Origin: Cirrosporium novae-zelandiae
Taxonomy: Eukaryota
Length of the DNA: 64,000 nt
Assembly: GCA_026023565.1 (NCBI GenBank)
Contig: JAPETS010000002.1
Location: 620,001 to 684,000 of the forward strand
Direction: 5' to 3'
The translations under genes and the position numbers were made by a program. How positions within the stretch are numbered: the first letter of the stretch is position 1; each line of letters starts with the position of its first letter. The notes under the pieces are model-generated. The model saw nothing but the letters and a program-made list of their open reading frames with translations, made no database searches and was not told the origin of the DNA. Shown one piece after another: positions 35,835 to 49,544 of the stretch.

Positions 35835-38030
35835 ATGGGTTCGAAGCCTCTCATAGGTGTTGTTGATCCTCAGCCTCCTAAAACTTGGAATCGCATAAAT
35901 ATCTATATTGCCTTTCGCCGTCTACTTGCATTGCCGGTGCTCTCCACGATTTTATTATGGCACCGAGAAATACTTCCTTTTACCTACTCTCCACTAAAGA
36001 CTACTGCGAATAATACGTTCTTCAGTTGGGAAGATGTATGTTTTAATTCCACTTACTAACCGTAGTTCCATCCCTACTAAAAGTACGCAAAGCTACAACC
36101 CTCAAAGTCGCTAGAATACCATCCCTGCTTTGATGGTTTCCAATGTGCAAGGCTTGAGGTGCCCCTTGACTGGAACGCTACTGAACCCGATGGTAACCCT
36201 CCTGCGATAATTGCCATTACGAGGAAACCAGCAGAAGTTGAGGTCACTGATTCAAGGTATGGTGGTATGATAATATTAAACCCCGGTATGTTGGTTTGAT
36301 TCAATTCCTGGAAAGGCACTATCGGCTCTTGCTGTTTGGTTTCTAGAGAGCAGTTTTTCGACCACTTGCTCAAAAGACGGACAATACTATCGCTTATTCT
36401 CCAATAGCTGTTTATATTCGCTGTTCGGTTTCTTGAACTCAATAATCTATCTGAGGATACTGCTGACTTGCAGAAAGGCGGACCGGGAGGCTCTGGAGTT
36501 GATTTTGTCTTACGCGATGGTCATGATATATCCACAATAGTCAACGGAGGGAATCGCTTAGCAAGGTTGACTGCGTCTCCCTTCTCGACTAGGAAATATT
36601 TTGATGTGATGAGCTTTGACCCGAGGGGTGTGAACAACACAACACCCAGATTCTCGTGCTTTCCAGATCAACTATCCCAGCGAGTTTGGGAAGTACAGAA
36701 AGACGCTATTGGACTACTGGGCAGTTCAAATGTTTCATTTGATCAGAAATGGAGTCACTCTGTAGCTTTCAGTTCCGCTTGCTCGAACAATCCGTACACA
36801 ATTCCTTCCACCTCAACTATTAACTTTGGTCATGTTGGAGAATACCTTAATACTGCACCGGTAGTTCGAGATATGATAGAGATCATTGAACGACACGGGG
36901 AATGGAGAGAGACTATGGCACAGAAACTACTTGCTAACACATTCCAGGGTCCTAGCCAAAAAGAAGCTATACTGGAGCGGACAGCTTGGCGCAAGGAGAA
37001 GGAACAACTTTTCTATTGGGGTTTCTCCTATGGAACTATGCTTGGACAGACCTTTGCTTCAATGTACCCAGATCGTGTTGGGAAGCTAGTTCTTGATGGT
37101 GTCGTTGATCCGGACGATTATGCTGTAACTGGCTGGTCAAGAAATCTTGATGATACAGATCAGGTGCTAGAGGCCTTCTACTCAACTTGCTCAGCAGCAG
37201 GATTGCAGTGTGCTATCGGGGGAACACGAGGAATAGAAGGAGTTCGGGCTATTGTTGAAGAGACGCTGGAACATTTAAAACAACATCCACTTCCCGTCCA
37301 AGGAAGACATGGCCCAGCCATTATTACCCATAGCGACCTTGTCTGGTTGATGTTTGGAGAACTGTATAGCCCAATAAAAGGATTTCCAAAGCTAGCCCGA
37401 CTTCTTGCAGACATCACCCAAGGAAATGGCACTGCCTTCGCCGAAATGAAGGAATCGGAAACAGAAATTTCATGCCCTTCATCGACTACCCCTCAATATA
37501 TGCATGATACTGGTAGTATGGCCGTCCTTTGTGGTGATGGATATCCCTCGAGATTTAACCAATCTCAGGTCGATTTCAAGAAGTACTGGAACGACTTACA
37601 GAGCCAGAGCGCCTTATTCGCCGACGCATGGGCGCGAATCACGCTTTCCTGTATTGGCTGGTCCGTCGTGCCAAAGTGGAGGTACGGTGGGAGTTACGGT
37701 GGAACATTATCAGGACCTATTCTATTCGCGAGCGAGACTTTTGATCCAGTGACCCCTCTTCAAAATGCTAGAAAGATGTCGGAAAAGTTCTCTCCATCAT
37801 CCATGATTGAGCAAAGCGGTTTTGGACATTGCACACTTGCCATGCCGTCAGGCTGCACTGCCAAAATCATTCGAGAATTCTTTCAAACTGGTGAAATGCC
37901 TTCATCGAATACCGTGTGTCCTGTGGATGTTCAGCCATTCGTCGGTAATACAAATGGCAGCCTGATTTTAGAAGGAGATGAAGACCTCTCGAAGGCTCTT
38001 ATGAGAATAGCGCAAAATTGGCGCTTGTAA
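35835..38030 (+). CDS. Alpha/beta-hydrolase, TAP-like peptidase family; exons 35835-36035, 36093-36285, 36478-38030
   Basis: CARLEVPLDW, NP|GGPGGSG, SFDPRGV, nucleophile elbow GFSYG, LVLDGV, DPVTP and GHC catalytic triad motifs; N-terminal hydrophobic anchor. Confidence 0.85.
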
Positions 38031-39869
38031 GGCTCTGGGTCCTTTACTAGATTTTCTACAGAGCTCACCGGGTAGGCGGTTAGATGATGATGAGTTGATA
38101 ATACACAGAGCCTAGCAATTGATAGGAGCTCGACTGGGTACATACTACAGCCTTATGAATGAAGGGAATTTTGGTTTTGGATTCCAGAGGCTTCAGCTGA
38201 CAAGGCATTTTCTGGTTTCCGTCTATATTGATGAAAAGTAACTAATGGTTGTGGAGAAATACAAAATACCTAGGCATAACATTCTCTGGGTCGGCATTAA
38301 CGGAGGTCTCGGGGATTTTACCGGGAAGGTACGGAAACAAACATTTCCAGATCAGAATTTAAGAATAATTAATTAAGGAGAATGAATAAGTAAGTCAGTG
38401 TAGGTAGCCAACTAACCATTTGTCTGGTGAGTAGAATGCTGAGGTGAATAATTTATGAATGATGGCTGAAATACTCTCTACCTTGGTCAATTCAAATGGC
38501 ATAATTTCCAAACTCCCAAATCCCCAAATCCCCAAAGGCCAAAATGCCAAGATTAAGCTGATGCCTAACGGGTTGAGGGTAACCTGAAACGGGATGGTTG
38601 CAGCTATAATTTAATACAATGATAAGTTCAGGGGTCCCAAAAGAGGCTGTTACTCATACACCCCCCATACGCCTATGGTACACATAGTACGCAAACGCTC
38701 GGTTGATGTACGAATGATAATTGATGAATTGTGGCATCTTTTGTATTAATCCCTGTGTATTTTCTTCACATGGTATTGCAATTCCTTGTCACTAAAAGTC
38801 ACTAATGTCATTTCATGGGCCTTCAGCCATTTTGATAGGCTGAATGGGGGGGTCTTGGGTCAGAGTAGCCTTCCGGCTTGAAGGGTTACAAGATGAGTGC
38901 GCACGCGTCATCCATATAAGTTTCGAGAGGCCCCTCGGTCAAATTTTTACGAGTCCTTCTTCCCTTTTTGCTCCGTGTCCTCTCTTGTCGCCTGACCTCC
39001 GCAAGCCCTCAAAGGTTTTCATAGGTTCTCAGAGACCCTTCACGTCCAGCAAATTACATATTAGTTATTCATCTTATGCATCACTGCACCCACCACCTCA
39101 GCATCCAGCCTCTAACCGAGACACCGATTTCCCGCTTGATCCATCATCCGCTGCGCTGGGACCACTGATTGACTTCCACTGGCTTCAAGACTTTTTGGGA
39201 CCTTCTTGTCCTTTTCCGCTCCTCCTTACCCCTTTCCACCACAACTGAGTTTGCTCGGGGATCTCGGACTCGGAACTTGTTAGGTTTGGCGGAAGGCAAA
39301 ATAGTTTTCCCAAGTACTTTGTATTATTGTATTGTACGGCAAGGCAGGCCACTCATACCCAAATTGGGGGTGCAAAGTAACTTGGGTACATCTGGACCTT
39401 GGGGAAAATTACGGTCACAGGTGTGGTGGATCATGATTGGTTGCTTTAACTAGTACAACTGAAATCACCACAAGTCACCCCACTAAGGGGAGAAGAAGGG
39501 AGAAGAGGGCACGTCTAAGGCACTCTAAGGCATTCGAAGCATTGGTGGTCAGGTGACTGAGGAACGATACTTAACTGCAATCTGATTCAGCCCAGAATTA
39601 TTACCTCGCTTCCGTCCCAAGAAAATTCTTGTGAGCAGCTGAAGAAGTTGGAAGATTTTTGAAGTTCTCACTCACACCAAGGAAAGTCCAGTGACTTTTC
39701 TTTTTCCGTCCCGACAACCTTTTTCTGCCAACCCAATTTACTTTTTTTTGATTTTTTTTAAATAACGACTCTCACACCGACTTGCACCGACCAGTTCACT
39801 CGTCACCAACCGGAACCATTAACACCAAACGCGACTCTTAAAATTAAATTCACGGTCAACAACACCACG

Positions 39870-40295
39870 CGTCGAAAAAAAAAAGTACTTTTTTATTTTA
39901 TTTTTTATTTTTATTTTTATTTTTCCTTTTTTTTTTAATTAGGATGGGGTGGTAGTAGTTGTGGTGGAGCAGACATATTTTTGACGATATTATTGCTTCT
40001 CTGGACGACTTTAACCTTTTTTGCCATCTGAACATTCTGCATTTCAGGTGGTGAAGGCGCGAACCACTAAGCGAACCCCAAGGTGCCGTTCTGTCTATTT
40101 CTTCGCGTCCTTGGGTTCCTCTTCCTCTTTTTTTTTTATTTTCTCTCCCTTCCCGACCTCCGATCCATCCACCCATCCACCAACAACAAAAAAAAAACAA
40201 GACCCCCCCAACCCCCGATTAGCACCTTACCTACTTTACTTAACTCACCACCCCCCAACCCCCCCCCCCCCACACGTCAACCCCGAAACCCGACT
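39870..40295. repeat. Low-complexity homopolymer tracts (poly-A, poly-T/(TTTTTA)n, poly-C) in the BDF1 upstream region
   Basis: A run at about 39875-39884, T-rich tract 39889-39936, and C runs at 40203-40216 and 40251-40271. Confidence 0.8.
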
Positions 40296-40528
40296 TAAGT
40301 AACACAACAACAATTTCAAAACACACCTAAACTCCTTCGACTTAACGTCGCGCTTGCGCCAACCATAAAACGGTACCACTACGGCCTCCTCTATAAACTT
40401 GAATCGCGTCTATCGCCTGCCGAATTTAATTTTTTTAATTCAAGTTTCAGTCACCTGTACCTCGGTGTTCGACCTCGACGGTCAACACTAGACCTTGACC
40501 TTGTTCATTCCTCACTGGCGCATTACCA

Positions 40529-43386
40529 ATGACCGTGATGAATTCGCAAGTATCGGACAGCCGTGTGGTAGAGCAGAAGGCGCCGCTGGCCCAATCCGAT
40601 GACCAAATGAACATTGACTCTGAAATCAACGGGTGAGTGAGCTCCATCCCAGTTGTTCTATTTGCTCTTGGGCAACCAAAGGTTGACATTATGCTCATCG
40701 CAGGAGCCTCGTAAATGAAAAATCGCAGTTGGCACCCACCCCTATCTCACCTCCATCTGGCGCTACTCCTGCCGTTGATGTTCCTGTCAATGGTAATCAC
40801 GAATCTCTAACTAATGGTCGCCAAACTACCGATAGCCAACTCTCACCTGCTCAAAAGGAGAATATGACGTCCACTTCACCAGAGAACAATGCGCCAAGCC
40901 CAGTTCAAGAGTCAGCATCTCTCGACAATAACATCAATGCCACTTCCCTCTCCACCTCAGTAGAAGCTTCGATCGCATCAGCCATTAACCCACATACCTC
41001 CAAAGAACACAAACAAGATGATTCTAAGCTAGAGAAACCAGCTGATGTTAAAACTGAGAACCAACGAGAGGAGTTGTCGCATAACTCAAAGGAAGCTCAG
41101 GTTGCGGGGGAAACAAATATCGTAAACCGAGAGCAACCTCCTAAACCCGAGCTCGTAGAGCCATCGAATCTCGACACGGACGTCAATATGGATGCCATTG
41201 ATGATCATTCAACCGAAGAGCTTATAAAGGTCGCGCCCGATGAATCCGTTGATGCAACAGGAGCGCTTCCCTATTCTGTTCCCCCAGTATCTTCAGGCGG
41301 GAAATCCGAGACACCGCCTGAGCCGACGTCAACTTCAGCCCAGCCATCGGCAAACCACTTACAAACGGATCAGGAGATGAAGGATGCGCCTTCGTCGCCT
41401 GGTAAACTTACTCGGGCTCGGGAAGATGAAGACATGGAAGATATCCGGGCTGCCAAACGTAGTCGAACCGACGAGAATGGTTCATCTGTTCCGGAGTTCA
41501 AAGTACCTTCGCTTCCTCAACAGTCCTCTTCGGTGGCGTCCCCATCAGCCGATCGTAGCCAATTTACTGAACATGATTTGACGAAGCCAATATCTACATG
41601 GCAACACAAAGAACTGGTTAGAATTTTTTCTAGCCTTAAGAAGCTCAGATCTGCTGTATTGTTCAACAAACCTGTGGACACAGCACTGTATCCAAACTAT
41701 CCTAGTTTTGTGTCAGACCCTATGGATCTCGGGACCATGGAGCAAAAGCTTAAATCATACAAGTATAAGACTCTCGGGGAAATTTGTGATGATATGAGCC
41801 TTATCGTACACAATACGACGGCATTCAATGGCCCGGAACATATCGTCACAGCCGCGGGCGAGGCAACCAAGCAAAGTTTCGAGAACAAGCTCTTAAGGCT
41901 TCCCCCTGCTGATGCCGAGGAGCCTAAAAAAGATACAAAGAAGAAGAAGGTGTCGGCAGCTCCGAAGGCATCAGCTCCTCGCCGCGAACAGCGTGTCTCG
42001 ACTGGAAGTGCACGGTCCCCCCCTGCCGTCACTTTGCCCGCCCAAACATTTGCTCTCGGACCTCAAGGCGTGCCATTGATTAGGCGAGATTCGGCCGTCG
42101 AAGGCCGTCCTAAGCGGGCAATTCATCCACCTCCATCTCGAGATATGCCATATATGAATGCCAAGCCTCGGAAAAAGAAATTCCAACTAGAGCTCAAGTT
42201 TTGTGAAGAAACACTCAAACATTTGTTACAGAAAAAACTTGAGGGGCTTTCATTCGCCTTTAGAGAACCAGTTGATCCAGTTGCTTTAGGCATTCCCACG
42301 TATTTCTCGATCATTAAAAATCCAATGGATCTAAAAACGATAGGTACAAAGCTCGAGACCAATCAGTATGAGAATGCAAAGGACTTCCACTCTGACGTGA
42401 AACTCATGTTCAATAACTGTTACAAATTTAATGGCCCACAAAACCCTGTTTCTCTACAAGGCAAGGAGCTTGAGGCCATATTCGATGAAAAATGGCGCAG
42501 TAAGGGACAGTGGCTTGAACAGCGGGCTCCTCAAGAATTCGAGCCAAAGCAGGAGTCTTCGGATCTTGAGGAAAGAGAGGAAGAAGAAGATGACGACGAA
42601 GATGAAGATGAGGGAGATGAAATGACGGAAATTCAAAAGCAGCTCCTAGCTCTTACGAAGAAAATGGAAAGGATTCAGCAGAAGAAGCATTCGCCACCTG
42701 TTCCAAGCCGGAAGGGCTCCAAGTCAGCAAAGTCGGGTAAAAAGGACACCAAGAAGGGATCTTCCAATGCAATTGTTGTAAAGAAGGAGAAAAAGCCTAT
42801 AAAGCCAAAGCGTGAAGAAAAAACACCTTACGTTACCTATGAACAAAAACAGGATATCTCAAACCGGATTAACAGTCTCCCTGAGAACAAGATGGCTCAA
42901 GCTCTTGAGATCATTCGTAGTAATATGCCGAAGCTTAAGGTTTGTTTTTACTGTGTCCTTTACGTGCAGAAATAGGCTAATACTACTATTTAGGGTGTTA
43001 ATGATGATGAGATTGAGCTTGATATTGATGAGCTCCCGAATAAGGTGCTTTTCCAACTCCTCCAGTTTGTTCGCAGATACGCACCGCAGGCTGAGGATTC
43101 CCCCCCCCCTCCTTCACGCCCAGCTCCATCCACACATGCTGCCCCCTCTAGGCCCAAGAAGCATAAGCCTATGAGCAAGCGTCAGCAAGAAGAACAAATT
43201 GCAACTCTTCAGAGCAAGCTCAAGACCTTCCAGCATGCGTCCGATGGATCTCCTGATCCCGAAGGCAAGCCTACTCTTCCCGTCCTTGTATCACAGGTTC
43301 ATGTTCTAACTATATATTTAGCAGATGAACAGGACGCCGAAACTAGTGGTGACGATGAAGCTTCGGACGAGAGTGAAGAAGAGTAG
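40529..43386 (+). CDS. BDF1: BET-family double bromodomain factor Bdf1; exons 40529-40632, 40704-42939, 42994-43264, 43325(or 43322)-43386
   Basis: BD1 (FNKPVD...PMDLGTMEQKL...FNG), motif RPKRAIHPP, BD2 (FREPVDPVALGIPTYFSIIKNPMDL...NCYKFNG), ET domain (VTYEQKQDIS...EIELDIDEL) and acidic SEED tail. Confidence 0.95.
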
Positions 43387-45036
43387 ATGTCCCCATTTAC
43401 TCGTGCGCTACCTTTTCACTTCTTTCTCGTCCTCGCTTTGCCGCACCTTAATACTCTACGTAGTATTCGTTCTAGCCTTCTATTACTAGGCTAGAGGGGA
43501 AAGCGTTTTCACCCGAATTTAACCCACGAGAGAGATCCTTATCTTCCTTTCCATTCTTGCACATACTTTCTTAGACGCCTTTTTTCCATGCTTGGCATGT
43601 CTTATACCACTAATATCGATTCTTTATCTTGATGTTCTGCGCGCGAGGCAAGCAAGTAAGGCTTTTTTTAGCTGACCCCCGGGAGATGAGCAAACGAAAA
43701 CGAACACGTATCAAACACATCCTCTAGAAGGTTGCACCGGGCTATCTCAAAAGAAAAGGCGAACAAAAAGGCTTTCATGATGATAAATGGTGAACTGGGT
43801 TGGGCCAAAATGTCTTACGTGGGTTTTCGCCTTCGGCTCTCAATGGTAGTTTATTACTTTGAGATAATGATGATGAACTTCGGTGATAATGACCTTTGCC
43901 GATGGATGTTTGTTGTGGGGAAGCAGGTCGAGATGGAGATGGAGATTCCATGGCCTGATAGGTGGTAGTGAAGGATATGGTGGCACGGGGAATGGCGGGA
44001 AACTGAAAATGAAGTGATAGCCAAGAAACGTGCTTTCTTAGCTACTATACCTATCGTTACTGAACTTACTCGGCACAGAGTAACGTCCAGAGATGTGGTG
44101 GTATTAGAGCCGGAACCTGCACTTGACTAGTGACTGGCAGAGCTTTCTTCAAACTTGTCTTTGGATTTTTACATTAAACAAGATCAAGGATGGAGGTTGA
44201 TAATGGTTTCATAGGCACATGCAGTCTCTCCATCTTTTTATAATCCTTTTATGGAGAAAGATAGGCAAGGGCAGGTAGGCTGACTTCAGACTGAGAACTG
44301 ACAGCCGGCAATCAATATAGATTGTTCTTTTTGATAGTTTGGATTTCATATATCCATCTTCCCCTAAAAAGAGACTTTATGGTAGTTGGATTTCCCATTT
44401 TTTGATGGCCTAATCTAATAAATGAAACTCCCTCTATATAATAGTTGCTGCTGGTGCTACTGGTAATCATAATTTTTTTCCCTACTCGCTACTAATGTTT
44501 ATACTGTGGATTGTAAGTCCTTGGGGATGGTGAGTGAGCGTTTGGTATTTTTAATAGCTCAATTATCGTATTGTGTAATTATTAGTAGTACGGAAGAAAT
44601 TTGAACCGTTCCCACTAGAAAAAAGCTAAATGGGTTGGATTAAGTCTAGATTTTTTTTGGTCTTTCCTTGTAGTCCATATTAGATGTAATATTCTTCTAA
44701 TAACAAAGATCTTTTCATTCTTCTTCTCGTACATATAGCCCCACCAAAAGCTAAAAAACAAAAACAAAAACACAGTGATGAATGGATTGGATAGATCCAT
44801 GAACAAGCAATAATAAAACTCCAGACCACGAAACTGCCTACCCTTTTCCTTGATATAAAAAGGTTGTTAAACATCCTGCTTGTTTGTTTATGCCTTCCTC
44901 CCCATGTGAGTGAGCTGGTGATGGTGGCGGTAGTGTGCTTTCTTATCCAAGTAGGTTCTTCGAAGTAAATCTCTTTGAGGCCTGGATCCTAGATCTTGGA
45001 GTACTGTGTCTTGGGCCATTGGGGTTGATTGGTTCC

Positions 45037-46625
<1,589 letters not shown>

Positions 46626-47161
46626 CCTGGGCTCAAATCGGAAGGGCGGATCGCGCCAATGTTATTTGAGAGTGTGAGGGTGCTTGGAGTTGTAACACAA
46701 GTAATCGAAATGCTAGGCTTGCAAATTTAGGGATCAGTTTCAGAGAGGCAGCATCGGATTGGTGTGTTGAAGCTGATATTATTGGTTTTCGGCGTTTTCT
46801 TGCAATTAGTGAAGCTTGTTTGACGCGTTTGCATTATTTTTTCAAGCTTAAATATTGCAGGCTTGGCGCCAACTAAAGGAAGAGTGAAGGGTACACAGGC
46901 ACCATAAGGTATTCAGAGAGCTTGAGAAAACTGCAAGACGACAATTACGGTGGCGAGGATTTCATGGTGAAGAAATCTAATCAGCCCTACTATTTTTTTA
47001 TTGGACTGTTAATCCTATCAACTTCAATTAAAGATATCTCTTTCTTTCTGAAGTCTGTGACATCTCCGCTCTCTACTCTCCTTGGACTGGCCGAAGCCTC
47101 CAATCCAGATACTCTTCCCCACCATCTCCTCTAACCCCGGTTGAGTATCTAAATTCTCAAA

Positions 47162-47875
47162 ATGCCGCCAATTCGTCTTTCCCTTGCGCAGCCATTCCAG
47201 TCCATCCGCCAATTCTCCATCTCTATCCCCTTGTGCAAGCATGTCTATAAAACCGGTGCTCCCGTCCAGAAATTCTATCACCCCTCACATCCGGACTGTC
47301 CTCCATACCCCTATGGTCCCGCTCTTACCTACAAACAATCGAATACCGGTCTCTATGGTGGCCTGAGAATCCAGTTCGGAAATAAGATATCCAAGGGTCG
47401 TAACAAGGGCAAAACACGACGATCATGGCATCCTAACGTTCGAGTTCAGAGCTTGTGGAGTGACGCACTGGAAAAGAAAGTCAAATGCAAAGTTACAGCA
47501 AGAGTACTGAGGACGATTGACAAAGACGGTGGTCTTGATAATTATCTCCTGGGCGATAGCCAGTCCCGCATCCAAGAACTTGGTATTTGGGGGTGGAGGT
47601 TGAGATGGGATGTTATTAATACCCAGAAGGTGCAAGAAAGATTTAGACAGCAGAGGCAGAAGCTGGGATTTTTGTCGGAGTCTCCGAGAGAGAGGATGAC
47701 AAATGTTAAGAAGGAGTCGACGCAGGCAAATATTGGAGGCTATGGAGAGACTGAGGACAGGACAGGAGAGTTTTTAGAGGCTGCGGATAATGAGGTAGAA
47801 GGGACCGAGACGGTGATGAAGGATGCCCTTCCCGCACTCGACCAGCAGAAGCCAGGGCCAGAGCAGCGCGTTTGA
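47162..47875 (+). CDS. MRPL24: Mitochondrial large-subunit ribosomal protein bL28m (yeast Mrpl24)
   Basis: PPYPYG...YKQSNTGLYGG.RIQFGNKIS...KTRRSWHPNV...LWSDAL...VTARVLRTIDKDGGLDNYL; N-terminal presequence. Confidence 0.9.
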   Translation: MPPIRLSLAQPFQSIRQFSISIPLCKHVYKTGAPVQKFYHPSHPDCPPYPYGPALTYKQSNTGLYGGLRIQFGNKISKGRNKGKTRRSWHPNVRVQSLWSDALEKKVKCKVTARVLRTIDKDGGLDNYLLGDSQSRIQELGIWGWRLRWDVINTQKVQERFRQQRQKLGFLSESPRERMTNVKKESTQANIGGYGETEDRTGEFLEAADNEVEGTETVMKDALPALDQQKPGPEQRV

Positions 47876-49280
47876 GTTCTAAAATTGAAGTTAAGTTCTA
47901 CAGAATACGAAAGAAAGATATTTAAATGTATTTGTTCTTGTATACTATCTATCTGGCCTTTTACATGACATCCAATTCAATAGGAATAGGTACGTATTTA
48001 ACTATCATTGACCGCCCAATGGGATCATCCGTGGGGCAGGGACCAAGCAGTAAGTAAACCAATGCAATTCCGCTGCAAGCATCCTACCCAATATATTTCA
48101 CTCCTCATCCTCCAACTTTGTTATATCATTATTCCTTAAAACCTTACTTCATTACTCATATTTCTCTTGTTGCTAATATAGTAGTAACTATAGAGAATGA
48201 CAATGCGCAAGCTGGTCTATACTAAACTCTAGAATATTGATGAATGGTTTGAGATTTGAGCCATGATTCTTTTGTGGATTTTATGTTAATAACCCATGGA
48301 TCAAGAACCAGAATTCCTTTACCAATCTCGGAAGGAATGTGCTCTATGACAGCACAGCAGTTATACAAAACAGTTCAGATTGTTAACTCTGAACTTTAGG
48401 CCCCAACGAGACGAGCAACCTAGACTGAGATTATTTTCCTTTAGCGTGTGAGCTTCTTCTTAGTTGATGGAGTACCATAAGTGAGCAAGAAACCTAGCTC
48501 AAACTATTTATCAGAAATTATCATCTAGACAAAGACCACGCTAGAATATATATTACCACCTTTCAGGGCTGGTTGTCAATTTTATCAGTGCTTACCATTG
48601 TATAGATGGATAATGATGAGTGGCGATTTTATGTCAGCAATTGATAGATTCCTTATCTTGCAGCCCCATGAGCTATAAACACCTTAAGATTCTAAATATA
48701 CATCCTTGTGTTGTGTTTATATGATTATACGGAGGTTTCCATATCCCATTTGTTACGAACTTACGAGTCACGGATGACCCTCTTTGTAGATTGAGTTTAA
48801 GGTCGTAGATATGGTTAACATAGCCCCCTGCCCTTTGGTAAGTGACAAAATATTGAAGTCCAAGTAGTTGAAAAAACCCCATGAATGAGAATTGTCCGAC
48901 GATATAAATTCATGGTTAGAGATGAATAATAATATAATAATTGGGGCTGACGAATGCCATGGGCTTGGCGACATTGGCGTATATCATGATATGGAATCAG
49001 CAGAATGCATGAAAGTAAACAATTAACAATTCAGCTTATGTGCATATCCAGTAGTGCCAGTCAAAGTCTTGGGATGAGGCTGAGTCCTCGGATGAATATT
49101 TTTCTCTTGATCTGATTGACTCTGGTTGCCATGATGGTTGCTCGGTCTTTGAAATCTCCCCGCCATTCTAACTGAAAATGGTGTTTCTTTGACGGGTTCT
49201 GTCATGCCCAGCTGGGAGAGTTGTAGTTCCAAGAAGCTTTAAACTTCTTGGCGGTTTACGGATAACACGGGCACACGACT

Positions 49281-49310
49281 GGTAGCCACCGGTAGCCACT
49301 GGTAGCCACT
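49281..49310. repeat. 10-bp tandem repeat GGTAGCCACY x3
   Basis: ggtagccacc ggtagccact ggtagccact upstream of the ADAM gene. Confidence 0.8.
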
Positions 49311-49544
49311 AGATAAACCAACTCAAGGGTGCCGCTCGGGGATTTCATTGCCCGACCACTAGTATTCTGTTTACTGCACCCCATTAGTTAATGGTCTTGT
49401 CCCGGTCCACTGTCCACTGCCTTTATTTCATTCCTTACCTTACCCAGGCTCCCATCTACTTCCTCTTCCTCTTCTTCCTTCTTCTTCTTTTAAAAAGTCC
49501 TCAAGGGCCTGTCGCTACATCCACCTCATGCCTCATCGCCCTTC

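Noticed and set aside
36285..36477. Stwintron (nested intron) explanation for the GGT donor and CAGAAAG acceptor
   Set aside because: No internal AG is followed by a sequence that rebuilds a good donor, and the simple AAG acceptor restores the NPGGPGGSG consensus.
38390..38434. Isolated + strand intron-like signature (also one at 48050-48184)
   Set aside because: Single signatures in AT-rich intergenic DNA are expected by chance; no supporting ORF or neighbouring introns.
43868..43958. ATGATGA...CTGA as a box C/D snoRNA in the BDF1 3' region
   Set aside because: No terminal stem and no rRNA-complementary guide that I can recognise; ATG repeats are common here.
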